DNA of 64,000 nt from Eledone cirrhosa (GCA_964016885.1 OZ024750.1:34596001-34660000), one strand, 5' to 3'; positions 24,052 to 37,098 are shown, counted from the stretch's first letter. The notes: generated by a model from the letters alone, not told the origin. A program made the numbers and translations.

Positions 24052-24382
24052 ATCATCATCATTTTCATCATTTCATTTTACGTCTGCTTTTTCCCTGCTT
24101 GCAAGGGTGGGACGGGAACTGATTCTGGCTGGATGCCCTTCCTAACACCAACCTCATTTACAGTGAGTGCTGGGTGCTTTTTTGCCGTGGCACCTCCACG
24201 ACCACTTTGCAGTGGAATCATAGGGACCCCAGTCCCTATCATCTCATTTCTACAGCTGAGTAAACTGGAGCAATGTGAAATAAAGTGTCTTGCTCAAGGA
24301 AACAACACATCACCCGGTCTGAGAATTGAACTCACAACCTTTCGATTGCAAGGCCAATGCTCTAACCACTAAGCCATGTGCA
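24052..24382 (-). mobile_element. Full-length CORE-type SINE (family C)
   Basis: tRNA head, CORE, module, RTE tail. Confidence 0.9.
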
Positions 24383-24730
24383 AAATGATAGATATGTATA
24401 TTAATTGAACGTAATTCTAGACAAATCATATGTGACCAAGTCTTGTATTTTATATGGGAAGTCTCTGCCAGTCTTTTACTAAAGGGTTAGTTTGTAATTC
24501 TTTCCCTGTAATGTAATATAGCAAACCTTCCTAAGCTACTGGAAGAAAATGTTAAATTTTGGAATTGTTCCATAGAACCATGCCATTATAAAAATATTAC
24601 CATCAACTGTTCTGTATCTATTTATAAGGAAGCAAAAATGGTAGCTATTTTGAATACTGTGAAGAAATGAAAATGATTACAGTATCCTTTTGAACATAAG
24701 TGTTTGCTGCTTTTTGGTTGAAGCCAAGTT

Positions 24731-25224
24731 TCAACTCTTAAGATCCTGTACCACATGTAACCATATTTGCAAGACATTCTTTGAAAAACATAAAAACAGA
24801 ACTATGATCGCATAACATTAACCCTTTAGCATTTACATTACTCTATATTTACTATTATATCTTCACAGTAAAGGCTTTACCTCACATAATATCTCACATA
24901 ACATTTACATTACTCTATATTTACTATTGTATTTTCATGGTAAAGGCTTTATCTCACATAATATTGAATCTATGAGATTTTGATATTATTTATTTTGAGA
25001 ATAATACCTTAGCGTCAGTATGAGTGGCTGATTACTGTCAGTTTGAAAAGAAAGAGGTGAGGGAATTCTGGATACAGCCAGTTCAAATGCTAAAGGGTTA
25101 AATATTAAAAGTCTGCAAATTTTTGCAAAGATCTGTTCACCAGTAAAGATGTTATAAACATTTGAATTAACAAACTCATTTTTAGATATTTTCTGATTAA
25201 TCATTACAGGATGTTAAGAGTTGA
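24731..25224. mobile_element. piggyBac-like MITE family B containing a nested family A MITE (24818-25101)
   Basis: Outer TIRs CTCTTAAGATCCTGTA / TACAGGATGTTAAGAG; inner TTAA-CCCTTTAGCATT...AATGCTAAAGGG-TTAA. Confidence 0.75.
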
Positions 25225-25429
25225 TATTTTATCTATTTATCTAATGTCAAATTAAGTTAAAACTTTCTGTAATATATATCTGTGTAACTATCAGCATCGC
25301 CATCATCATTATCACCACCACCACCACCATCAACACCACCACCACCATCAACACCATCACCACCATCAACACCATCACCACCACCAGTATTACCACTTCC
25401 ACCACTGCCAAATCCCCCACCACCACCTC

Positions 25430-25540
25430 CATGAAAGGCAAAGTTAACCTTGGTGGGATTTGAACTCAGAATGTAAAGGAATGTAACTCTATGCTGCAAA
25501 GCATGTTGTCTGACGCTCTACTGATACTGCCAATCCATTG
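25430..25540 (-). mobile_element. SINE family M, 5' half
   Basis: Head and start of core; abuts a (CAC)n repeat at 25300-25430. Confidence 0.75.
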
Positions 25541-27199
25541 ATCAGCTTAATAATGATAAAGTTAGTTATATTGTTACTAAATATTTTCAAATTAATTCTT
25601 GATTGTTTTCCAAATTATTTGAAAGTCACAGGCAGTATCTTTCATTAGAAACAAGGCAGTTAAGGTTTTAGATTATCAGTGTGTAGGGGCAAGGTTTTGT
25701 TAATCTATGCTAAATACTAATTTTTATTCTAAAAATGTACATAGCTATCTACATAGCAGAGTACACAGTTCAAAAATAATATGAGTAATTCTCTGCAAAA
25801 AATAGAAATAAAATGAAAACAATGAAACAATAAAAAAAAAGACTGCGTAATCTTGAAATATATTTTTTCTCTGAAAGAATCCTGTATATTTGTCTTGCTT
25901 TATCTTTTTCAAATAAGTAGCACTAGTATTATTAGACAGCTACAGTTATATCATATTTCTACTGTTCTACTGTTTTACTATATATTTTCTATTTCTGTCA
26001 AAAATTGTTTTATGGAATAATTTAAATTATCTCATATCGAATTACCCTTTGCTCTCCAAACTACGATTCTAGTATGATAACTTTTGCTAAGAATATTTTT
26101 CTTGGTATTTCTATAGTTCACTATCTTCATTGAATTATTCTTTCTCAACGTGAAGAGAATTTTGAATAAAGGCATTTTAGGAATAAAATCTGTTTTTAGT
26201 TAATTTTTTCTTACTTCTATCATCTCTTAGAAAATCAAGACCACGTGGAAATCATTTTTCTAATGAAAAAGATATTTAGGCATGACAGCTGTGGAAATTA
26301 TCTTATTCAAATTAGAAAGTAGTTATAAATATAAAATATATAATATAAATATAAAATTTTAATAAATCAAAGTTCTAGGTTTAATGAAACATGTAGAAGG
26401 TTCTCTATAAATCTTAATTTCAGCTAAGAAAATTATTGTTTTAGTTTATTGTATGTGATAGTTTAATAGCATTTCAGTAACAAATATTTATCATATTGCA
26501 GTTAAATTTATCTCATTTTGTTGCTTATATCATTTAACTTCATATATCTTAAAATATCTGTACTTAAAATAAACCATTTACAAATAATAGATTTTTATAA
26601 TTCATTCATAGAATTTATAGCCTTGAGTATTGAACCTTGAGTATCTGACATATTGATGGGTGATAGGTCACAGGATTGATTTGAAAAGGGGATTTTAATA
26701 GATCTCTTGTTAAAGGAACTTTGCAGCCACATTAGTAGATTCCAACATATAATACCCTTTGGAATTCAGCTTGGTGTAGAGTCCATTGAGTTAACCTTTT
26801 AAATTCTCCTCTGAAGTCCAGAGCTGTGACACATACTTCCTAACCAATATATCCAAATAATTATTCTATGCTCAGAAAAGGATTATGGACAGATTTTATG
26901 TGATATAGTTTGATTCGAAGCAAAATTGACTTCCGAAAAGGAATTGTTTTTTTCAAAAAGATTGGTAGATGTTTATAGATATATCTAAAATAATATAAAT
27001 CCTTCTATGCAAAAAGAAAGACATGTTGAACAAACATGTTCTATATTTATGTTGTATAAGATAGATGGTGGATGCAATAGGGATGCACTTTTGGTATGTT
27101 TGAAGAATAATTATGGCTTAGTCAAAGGCAAAAAGGAAGCAGCTGTAATATTTGTAGGATTTTCTCAGCTATTGGGAGAAAGTAGGGGTTGAACCACGA

Positions 27200-27605
27200 C
27201 TGGGGTTGATGCTATATAGCCTAAAATTGGTGACAGAGGGGTCAAATTATGACTGGAGTTGGTATTGTAGGAGAGTAATATAGACTCCTATAGACTAAAT
27301 TTTGTGGGAGGGTGGTCAAATTATGACTCTAGGCTTGATGGTGTTGGAAGAGTTATATTGGCTAAAATTAGTGGGAAAGGGGTCAAATTATCACCCCTAG
27401 ATTAATGCTGTAGGGAGGGTTATATAGTCTATATGGTGTATAGGGGTAAAATTATGACTCTAGGCTTGATGGTGTTGGAAGAGTTATATAGGCTAAAATT
27501 AGTGGGAAAGGGGTCAAATTATCACTCTTAGATTAATGCTGTAGGGAGGGTTATATAGTCTATATGCTGTATAGGGGTCAAATTAGGACTCTAGGGTTGA
27601 TGTAG
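27200..27605. repeat. Degenerate tandem repeat (GGGGTCAAATTATGACT anchor; ~60/130-bp periodicity)
   Basis: 27315-27440 is duplicated at 27445-27570. Confidence 0.75.
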
Positions 27606-28147
27606 GTAGTAGTGCACTAAGATATGGAATTATATTGCCTAAAACAAGTAACATGATCCAAAGACTTACTACAGAGTGAATTTTTGTAAGAAACACCCAA
27701 AGACAAGAAAGTAATGTTTAACTGGAGGATAAATTAGTATAGAAATATTTAAATATTATGGAAGGAAAAATTACAGATTACGATAAATGAAAGGAAGTTT
27801 TTTTTCGCGTATCATTCCATATTTAAGTATTATGTGCACTATCATATATATAACCATGTGATAGTGCAAATAGTTGGAATCAGTGGTTGTAAATTCTACT
27901 GAACCTAAAGCTTAGTGTATTCATTCATGCAATCAAAAGCTTATATTGAATAAAAGTTAGTGTAAACACCATAATGTTATGTTAATGAGATATGACTGTT
28001 GGGATAAATATAATTGGTTCTATGTGAATTTTGTATATCTAAAGGAATACAGAATGTTTATAAATAAACATTCTGAAAGCCATAGTTATGAATATGTCAT
28101 TGATGGTCAGTGCCATTGAGCAGTGTCCAGCAGAAGCAAGGGGGACA

Positions 28148-28191
28148 ACCATCAATGCATTTCGAACTTATATGGTTCTCGCCAGGATGAT
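28148..28191 (-). other. Minimal type I hammerhead ribozyme motif with one core substitution
   Basis: Minus strand: ATCATC-CTGGCGA-GAAC(CATATAA)GTTC-GAAA-TGCA-TT-GATGGT. Confidence 0.6.
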
Positions 28192-28229
28192 GTTTCCTGC
28201 TTGCTACTTTGAAACAGGTGAAAATATAT

Positions 28230-28440
28230 AGTTTTTTTTTACACAAGGCCAGCAATTTGAAGGGAAGGGGAAGTTGAGTAAATCGACCCCAGTGTGTTAC
28301 TGGTACTTTATTTTATTGACCCCATAAGGATGAAAGGCAGAGCTAACCTCAGCAGGATTTGAACTCAGAATGTAAAGGACTGTAACTATATGCCACAAAG
28401 CATGTTGTCCAATGTTCTACTGATCCTGCCAATCCATTGC
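28230..28440 (-). mobile_element. SINE family M (longer-tail subfamily)
   Basis: Head, core and tail on the minus strand. Confidence 0.8.
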
Positions 28441-28462
28441 TCTGTTGGGATAAATATATTAC

Positions 28463-28655
28463 TACTAGGGTGCCGAAAAGTTCTTGGCTTAAGGATATCG
28501 TCAAAGAGTACAGCTGCTACCTTTACAAGGGAGGTATGACCGCTACAATAAGTGTGTGAATCTTAGAGGTGAATATGTTGAATAAAATCATAATTAACTG
28601 ATCCTCCTGTATTTTCTTTCACCCAAAGCCAGGATCTTTTCAGCATCCTATATGT
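28463..28655 (+). mobile_element. Internally deleted mariner (MITE)
   Basis: Imperfect TIRs TAGGGTGCCGAAAAGTTCTTGGCTT / AAGCCAGGATCTTTTCAGCATCCTA; residual C-terminal peptide RYNKCVNLRGEYVE*. Confidence 0.75.
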
Positions 28656-29182
28656 ACCTTTCTTTAAATCAAAGTTCAGACTTGTACAAGGCACTGCACT
28701 GAAAGCTATTAAACTCCATTTTAAATTGGATGGAGGGCTGGAATAGCATTTCTCTTATCACAAATTAATTATATTCCATATGACAATAATTTATTTTCTC
28801 ATCACCATAATAATTATTTTTGGAATAATGGCTGAAAATTACCTCCATTTTTTTAATTTTGGAAATCTATGGAAATAAGTGCTTAATTTCCATTCAATTT
28901 TATTTATGAATATGCAAATACACAAATGTTGGATATGAATATGCAAATATACAACTTTACCAGTTTACAAATCATGTAGAAATAATTATAAAACTAATCC
29001 CATAGCATTTACTAGAATTATTTCAAACTGCTATCGCAGTGGTATCACCATTCTATAATGTCTGCTACATATAACTGCTGACAAGCAAATATCACTTGAT
29101 GTTTGGATAGCTTTCTCTTTTTGTTTGCTTGCTTGCCATTTCTTGATTTCTATAAAATATATTTTAATATTGGCATTGATAA

Positions 29183-29405
29183 GGGCAGTGAATTGGCAGT
29201 AATCAGTAGAGCATCAGACAACATGCTTTATGGCATAGAGTTACATCCCTTTACAATCTGAGTTGAAATTCTGCTGAGGTTGGCTTTGCCTTTCATGTTT
29301 ACAGGATCGATAAAATAAAGTACCTGTAATGCACTGGGGTAGATTTAATTGACTTTTCCCTCCCTCAAAATTGTTGGTCTTGTGTCTATCTAAATCAGAA
29401 ACCAC
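29183..29405 (+). mobile_element. SINE family M, diverged
   Basis: GAATTGGCAG head and core GCCTTTCAT..GATAAAATAAAGTACC. Confidence 0.75.
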
Positions 29406-29539
29406 TATTGGCATTGATTTAGATAAGATGCAGAAGATTATTATTAAAATAAAAAAATGTTGTGAAAGCTGGTGGATAGAAATATGAAGATGGTAGTGGT
29501 GTAAGTGACAGACAGAACAACATAGAATAACGTTTTACC

Positions 29540-30540
29540 AAATATACCCAAACCAGACTGTAAAGTGGTCATCTTGGTGTCGTAACAAAAAGCACCCAGT
29601 CCAGACTGTAAAGTGGTCATCTTGGTGTTGTGACAAAAAGCACCCAGCCCAGACCAGACTGTAAAGTGGTCATCTTGGTGTTGTAACAAAAAGCACCCAG
29701 TCCAGACTGTAAAGTGGTCATCTTGGTGTCCTGACAAAAAGCACCCAGCCCAGTCCAGACTGTAAAGTGGTCATCTTGGTGTCGTGTCAAAAAGCACCCA
29801 GCCCAGACCAGACTGTAAAGTGGTCATCTTGGTGTTGTAACAAAAAGTACCCAGTCCAGACTGTAAAGCGGTCATCTTGGTGTCCTGACAAAAAGCACCC
29901 AGCCCAGTCCAGACTGTAAAGTGGTCATCTTGGTGTCGTGACAAAAAGCACCCAGCCCAGTCCAGACTGTAAAGTGGTCATCTTGGTGTCGTGACAAAAA
30001 GCACCCAGCCCAGACCAGACTGTAAAGTGGTCATCTTGGTGTTGTAACAAAAAGCACCCAGTCCAGACTGTAAAGTGGTCATCTTGGTGTCCTGACAAAA
30101 AGCACCCAGCCCAGTCCAGACTGTAAAGTGGTCATCTTGGTGTCGTGACAAAAAGCACCCAGCCCAGTCCAGACTGTAAAGTGGTCATCTTGGTGTCGTG
30201 ACAAAAAGCACCCAGTCCAGACTGTAAAGTGTTAGTGTTGGTGTCATGACAAAAAGCACCCAGTCCAGACTGTAAAGTGTTAGTGTTGGTGTCATGACAA
30301 AAAGCACCCAGTCCTCAATGTACAGTGGTCATTGCAGTGCCATGTTAAAAAGCTCCTAGTCAGCACTGTAAATGTGGTTTCCATTAGGAAGGGTATCCAG
30401 CTGTAGAAACCATGCTAAAAACAGTTCTGTATGAGCCAGACACAGTCATCTGACCTGGCTTGTCTCACAACAGGACAACTTATCTAACCCATGCTAGCAT
30501 GGAAAAAACGGACGTTAAATGATGATGGTGATGATGATAT
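29540..30540 (+). repeat. 48/53-bp minisatellite inside an RTE/SINE 3' end
   Basis: Unit CCCAGTCCAGACTGTAAAGTGGTCATCTTGGTGTCGTGACAAAAAGCA (+/- a CCCAG duplication), ~16 copies, then terminal module and CCCATGCTAGCATGG..GGACG-(GAT)n tail. Confidence 0.9.
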
Positions 30541-30789
30541 TTCAAAGTAAAGACCTTTTTTTTTTCTAAATGATAAATACTGAAATATGAAACGTTCTGT
30601 TCTCACAAAGATTTCCTGTGTAAGGTCTTTAACTTGAAATATTATGAAATATAATAGGTAGAATCTTTAATTTATGTTGTTTTGTCAATGTTATCACCAC
30701 CATCTTTATATTTCTATCTGCATTGTACTAGCTTGCCAAACAACCATTTATTTATTATATATCTTACAATGCTTCATGTAAATAATGGT

Positions 30790-31080
30790 ATGGTAAGATA
30801 TGGTCCTGTAACTCTTGATGGAACCATAAGGGGGTTGTATTGATATACAGCATTTCTTGGGAAATTTTAAGCTTAGTGGAGCCCATCTCCTCTCTAGGTC
30901 TGAATACAAGCAGATTTCTTCCAGAGAAGGATAGAGAGGGTGAGAGAGAAGAAGTGAGAAAAAGATATAGACTGGTATTTTTTTTATCCACCTGGAATGG
31001 ATGAAAGGCAACATTAACCTCAACGGGATTTGAACGGAGAACAGCATTCTATCCAACGTTCTAATGATTCTGTCAATTCT
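30790..31080 (-). mobile_element. SINE family M, long-tail subfamily, degenerate
   Basis: Similar to 50920-51236. Confidence 0.55.
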
Positions 31081-31717
31081 TAGCCTATGTAAACTATATT
31101 GTATTGTTAAAATCTTAGAATACAACTCCCACAATATTTGATGAAAGAGCTTTGACAATTAAAATCTAAACAATCATCTGGTTATTAAACTAACCGATGG
31201 GAAATTAGTTATTTTACTAACAATAATAAATTGAAGTGAAACTCAACAGATGCATGTGTTTTTATATGATCCTACCAAAGTATATTTGTTTCAACACATG
31301 TTTCCACATAGAAAATCTTACAAAACAAATACAAAAACGAAATATCCTACAAAGCTTCCTATAAACTATATCTTGTGGTTAAAATCTTAAAATACAACTC
31401 CCACCTGGTCAATGTGTTTTCAGATATTAAACATTTTTCTAAACATTTTCTCAACTTCATTCATTGTAATTATTTCAATATTTATCAAAGGAATTTCCGA
31501 GCCTTATTGTTTGCTTTAATTTCTTATATTTATGTTATCTCTTGTCATTCATCATATAACTGTACTGAAGTGTCATTCTCTTGAACTAAACTACTCAATC
31601 AGTTGAGGAAGAAAACACAGCCCTGTCAGCAATACTTTTAGGAAGTTTCTCTTTTCAATAGAACCAACTTTATAACTCTGCTATCACTACCAACATTATT
31701 TTTCCAAACTCAAAAGT

Positions 31718-31853
31718 TGGTGGATTTGCAGTATTGGTAGAGCATCAGACACCATGCTTTGCAGCATAGAGTTATGACCCTTTACGTTCTGGGTTCAACT
31801 CCTGCTGAGGTTAACTTTGCCTTTCATCCTTATGAGGTCGATAATATAAAGTA
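31718..31853 (+). mobile_element. SINE family M, 3'-truncated
   Basis: Head and core, fused to an RTE 3' UTR on the opposite strand. Confidence 0.8.
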
Positions 31854-32610
31854 CAGCTGGATGCCCTTCTTAACACCAACCTCATTTACAATGAGTACTG
31901 GGTGCTTTTTACCCTCGCGCCTGCACAACCACTTTACAGTGTGGGCTGGGTGCTTTTTACCATGGCGCCTGCACAACCACTTTACAGTGTGGGCTGGGTG
32001 CTTTTTACCGTGGCGCCTGCACAACCACTTTACAGTGTGGGCTGGGTGCTTTTTACCATGGCGCCTGCACAACCACTTTACAGTGTGGGCTGGGTGCTTT
32101 TTACCGTGGCGCCTGCACAACCACTTTACAGTGTGGGCTGGGTGCTTTTTCGTGGCGCCTACACGTTCACTTTACAGTGTGGGCTGGGTGCTTTTTTGCC
32201 GTGGCGCCTGCACAACCACTTTACAGTGTGGGCTGGGTGCTTTTTCGTGACGCCTACACGTCCACTTTACAGTGTGGGCTGGGTGCTTTTTTGCCGTGGC
32301 ACCTCCACGACCACCTTGCGGTGTGGGGGCATATTGTCTATATGCTTCAGCTTGTACTCATGGGAGGTCGGGTACTCTGTATTACTGCGTGACGCCAGAG
32401 GTCACGGTCGTGTGTCATTGCCTTTGAGAGGTGTAATTGGGTAAGGTCGGCTTTTATCACCTCATCCCAGGTCATCTTGGGTCTCCCCACTCTGCGGTTT
32501 CCATCAACTTCTAGTGCTCTGCACCTTTTTATGCAGCTGTCATCCTTCATACGCATCACATGTCCATACCAGCGCAACCGCCTCTCCTGCACACAGCATT
32601 TGATTCCTCT
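31853..32610 (-). mobile_element. RTE LINE 3' fragment with ~9x 48-bp module array (31885-32320) in its 3' UTR
   Basis: Peptide RGIKCCVQERRLRWYGHVMRMKDD..GRPKMTW; unit ACTGTAAAGTGGTTGTGCAGGCGCCACGGTAAAAAGCACCCAGCCCAC. Confidence 0.85.
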
Positions 32611-32621
32611 TATATATATAT

Positions 32622-32875
32622 ATATCATCATCATCATTTTACGTCCGCTTTTCCCTGCTTGCAAGGGTGGGACGGGTCTTATTCAGCACAGCATCTCTCC
32701 ACTTGTCACGGTCCTTCGTCATCTCCATCGTGAACTTCAGCAATCTGAGGTCTGTTCTCACCACCTCCGCCCATGTTTTTCGTGGTCTACCTCTACCACA
32801 TCTTCCTTCAGCTGGCATTTCCTGGTACTTCTTCACCCATCGGTCATCCTTCATGCGCATCACATGTCCATACCA
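32622..32875 (-). mobile_element. RTE family B 3' fragment
   Basis: MRMKDDRWVKK..GRPRKTWAEVVR..DRDKWR peptide plus short tail and (GAT)n. Confidence 0.85.
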
Positions 32876-33139
32876 GAGACTGCACTGGTAGAGATGTGTG
32901 ATGTTATGGAAAAAGAGAGAATGGTACAGACATGTGATGTAAATCGAAGATGACAGTTGAGCAAAGAGGTGTCAAGTGATCCAAATGGAAGGAACATACA
33001 AGAGAGGAGGACAAAGAAGAGATGAAGTTGTGAAGGGTTGACAAAGAAGATAACAAAGAACTGCAACACGTGGTGAGATATTGTATAAGAGAAGACCTTT
33101 CCAATCCACACACTTGGAAAAAGGGATGTAAAATAATGA

Positions 33140-33732
33140 TGTCTACTATAGGTACAAGGTCAGCAATTGGGGAGGAGAGGAAGGGGAAGTCAATTAAATC
33201 AACCCCAGTGCATTCATCCGATGAAAGGCAAAGCTAAACTCAGAACGTAAAGGGCTGTAACTCTATGCCGCAAAGCATGTTGTCCGATGCTCTACTGATA
33301 CTGCCAATCCACAATAATAATAATTGTTTCTACTTTAGGCACAAGGCCAGCAATTACCCAGTACATTACTGGTACTTTTATTTTATCGACACCGTAAGGA
33401 TGAAAGGTAAAGTTAACCTCGGCGGGATTTGAACTCAGATCGTAAAGGGACGTAACTCTCCGCTGGAAAGCATGTCTGACCCTCTACCGATACTGCCAAT
33501 TCACCACCCTTAATAATAATGGTTTCTCATTTAGGTACAAGGCCAGCAATGTGGGAGGAGGGGGAAGTCGATTAAATCGACCCCACTGCATTACTGGTAC
33601 TTTATTTTATCAACCCCGCAGGGATGAAAGGCAAAGGCAAAGCTAAAGTCGTGGGGATTTGAACTCAGAAAGTAAAGGGCCTTAACTCTATGCCACAAAG
33701 CATGTTGTCTGACGCTCTACCGATTACTGCCA
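33140..33732 (-). mobile_element. Three head-to-tail SINE family M copies
   Basis: Copies at ~33140-33312, 33322-33510 and 33518-33732 separated by (TAA)n. Confidence 0.85.
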
Positions 33733-33957
33733 TAATGATAATGATACAAAGAATATTATAAAAATGTTTAATACATAAATTAAAGAGGGGAAATCAAATA
33801 TATAGAAGAGGACTGCAGCAAATAGGAAAAACACCAAATAAAAATTGGCATAGTCAGTATATTTTTTGATACAACTTTATAATTTATTATTAACAAAGAT
33901 ATGATGGAGATAAATAAATACATGATGTAATGAAATAATATATAACAGTGACACAGC

Positions 33958-34420
33958 TTAACCCTTTAGTATTTACATTACTCTTCTTCTTCATCGACTT
34001 ATTCCTGAGAGGGTTGTGGAGACAGAGTCTTCAAACACTCCTTCCAGTGGGTCCTGTCAGAAACAACCATCTCCAACTGATCCGGTTGGATCCCCAAGCG
34101 GGACCAGCCAAGCTCATGGATGTCATCCAACCATTTTGCTTAGGGTCTACCCCTGGGTCTCCTACAAGCTGGTTTCAGTTTCTGCTTGAGTTCAGTTCAA
34201 GTCCAGCAATTCTTTCCCAAGACATTCTAACCACTTACTATTGTATTTGTACAGAAAAAGGCTTTATCTCACATAATATCAAATATATGAGATTTTTATA
34301 TTATTTATTTTGAGAACAATACCTTAATGTCAGTGTGAGCAGCCAGTTACGACTGGTTTAAACAGAAAGAGGTAAGAGAATTCTGGCCGGATATAGCCAG
34401 TTTAAATGTTAAAGAGTTAA
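33958..34420. mobile_element. piggyBac-like MITE family A interrupted by an RTE 3' fragment (33983-34230, minus)
   Basis: TTAA-CCCTTTAG...TAAAGAG-TTAA; insert reads PRGRP..WLDDIHELGWSRLG..DRTHWKECL and ends in (GAA)n. Confidence 0.75.
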
Positions 34421-34468
34421 GCTACCTGACACAATAATCAATTCTTCCTCTAACTAATTTTTATTGTT

Positions 34469-35138
34469 TTAACTCTTAACATCCTGTACTAATTCTACAG
34501 AAAATATCTAAAGAAAATAGGTTTGTTAATGTAAATGTTTATAGTTTATTTACTAGTGGACAGATTGTTGTGAAAATTTGCAGAACTAGGATTTTTTTCT
34601 ACAATCTGATGTGTATATGTGTGTATGTGCTTATGCATACATTTATATGTATGAGTATATAAATATAAATGTGCAAACACAGACACATTTACAAAAATAC
34701 ACAAATGCCCTCAAATACACATATATTTGCACACACACACACACATAGACATACACTCACACACAACATAGCAAATGGAACACCAGCTGCTGTTTTGCTA
34801 TAGTTTTTTCACCAACCCCTTCCTTCCTTTTACACACACATATATTCACACACACACACACACATTGTGTGATGGACAGACGGAAGTTGCTCAAATTTAT
34901 ATATAGATTATCTCTTAACATCCTGTAATAATTCCACAAAAATATCTAAAAAAAAAACAGGTTTGTTAATGTAAATGTTTATAGTTTCTTTGTTAATGGA
35001 CAGATTGTTGTGAAAATTTACTGTAAACTAAATTAAAGACTTTGAATTTTTAATGTGATACAGTCATCATGTTCTTTTATACTCTTTAAAGATCTCTTGC
35101 TAATGCGGTTTTATGTGGTACAGGATGTTAAGAGTTAA
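34469..35138. mobile_element. piggyBac-like MITE family B with internal duplication
   Basis: TTAA-CTCTTAACATCCTGTAC...GTACAGGATGTTAAGAG-TTAA; left end repeated at ~34912. Confidence 0.75.
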
Positions 35139-35869
35139 TTCAAATCCATTAATATTTCAATCACAAGCAGTATTCCTTCCAGAATAACATTATTAATCAA
35201 CAACTTGGCTGTACTCCAATTTCTGTTACATTTGTAGATTTTGAATCCACATAATAGAAACTTGAGAATTCCAAACAGCAATTTTGTGAATGCAATTAAA
35301 GCAAATGTCTTGGAGACAATTGTCAGTTTTTATTTAAAATGATACTTTAAACACTTGAACAGATTAATTCACACATATGGATGGACTTCTACATACAGAC
35401 TCTCTCTCTCTCACACACGCACACACATACACACACAGCCTTTCTCAGTTCCTCGCTAATTATCTTTCAGCTTTGTTCTCAGCATTGTATTCATCATGAT
35501 CAATACAGACAATACTATAAAATAAAATAGGAAATGATCCACAGGGAATCTTATCGTATTACTATGCTGCAGCATAATTCTTTTATGCAAAGAAACGGTT
35601 TGTTGTTGGTAGCTTCCTAAATATATTCCAGTTTCTAGTTTCTATAGTATTTATCCACATACCTTTAAACCATCAAATCTACAACAACCTCCCATTAACC
35701 TGCACAGGTAATACCAGTAATATTATTCAAAACAGTCTTTCAGTTGTGATTATCTTTCAACTTTAAACCCTTCATTCAGCTTGTAAACTAATTTTTAATT
35801 TGCCAGATCAATCCTGAAATGTCAAACAAACAATTTTCATAACAGAACTTTAAAGTCAACCTATGTATT

Positions 35870-36222
35870 ACAGTATAGTGAACCTGTCTATGACACTCTA
35901 TCAGCAACTTGTCTATTATACACTCTAGTGCACCTGTGTATTACATTCCATAGTGAATCTGTGTATTACACTCCACAGTGAACCTGTGTATTACACTTCA
36001 TAGTGAATCTGTGTATTACACTCCATAGTGAATCTTTGTATTACACTCTATCAGCAACTTGTCTATTATACACTCTAGTGAACCTGTGTATTACACTCCA
36101 TAGTGAAACTGTGTATTACACTCCATAGTGAACCTGTGTATTATACTCTATACTGTTTCTGTCTATTACACTATAATGAACCTGTGTATTACACACTATA
36201 AGGAACCTGTGTATTACACTCT
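35870..36222. repeat. ~25-bp minisatellite (TAGTGAACCTGTGTATTACACTCCA)
   Basis: About 14 diverged units. Confidence 0.9.
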
Positions 36223-36364
36223 CTAGCTCCTAGCTTTCCTGTCCTATACAATTTGCAACATTTCAAAACCACCATCATTTTTTCCTTGGGTTTTCCTCTC
36301 ATTCTTGTCCTCCCTTCTAAGTAACCCCTTGCATTTTAGTGGCTTTATTACTTTATTTGGGGTA

Positions 36365-36550
36365 AGCAAATCAAGATTAGCAGTATTCATTCTGGCTCTT
36401 TATGTTTTGAGTTCAAATCCCACTAAGGTAAACTTTGTCTTTCATCCTTCCAAAATTTATAAAACGAAGTACCAGTCAAGTACTGGAGTCTGTGAATCAA
36501 CTTTCCTTTCTTCCCCCAAATTGCTTACCTTGTGCCTAAATTAGAAATTG
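36365..36550 (+). mobile_element. Old SINE family M copy
   Basis: GAGTTCAAATCC B box and degenerate core. Confidence 0.6.
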
Positions 36551-36669
36551 GTATTAAAGTAGTCCAGCTTTGTAAACCTCCTTCTTTGCTCAGATGGCAT
36601 CTTAAACTTACCTGATTGAAACAAGGCACCCTGCTGCCACCTTGTGCCACATTAAGTTACTTTAAACTG

Positions 36670-37098
36670 AAGATGAAACTGAAACCAACTTGTAGGAGAC
36701 CCAGGGGTAAACCCTGAGCAAGATGGTTGGATAACATCCATGAGGTTAACTGGTCTTACTTGGGGATCCCAGCTGGATCAGTTAGCGGCAGTTGCTTCTG
36801 ACAAAACCTACTGGAAGGAGTGTTTGAGGACTCTGCCCCCACGACCCTTTCAGGAATAAGTGGGTGAAGGAGTGTTTGAGGACTCTGCCCCCACGACCCT
36901 TTCAGGAATAAGTGGGTGAAGGAGTGTTTGAGGACTCTTCCCCATGACCCTTTCAGGAATAAGTGGGTGAAGGAGTGTTTGAGGACTCTGCCCCCACGAC
37001 CCTTTCAGGAATAAGTGGGTGAAGGAGTGTTTGAGGACTCTGCCCCCATGACCCTTTCAAGAATAAGTGGGTGAAGTAGTAGTAGTAGTAGTAGTAGT
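36670..37098 (+). mobile_element. RTE 3' fragment with 5x 52-bp tandem 3' end and (GTA)n tail
   Basis: Same family as 33983-34230; unit GAAGGAGTGTTTGAGGACTCTGCCCCCACGACCCTTTCAGGAATAAGTGGGT. Confidence 0.85.

Noticed and set aside
31718-31900. Novel chimeric SINE
   Set aside because: The two parts are on opposite strands and both lack tails; best explained by a deletion joining neighbours.
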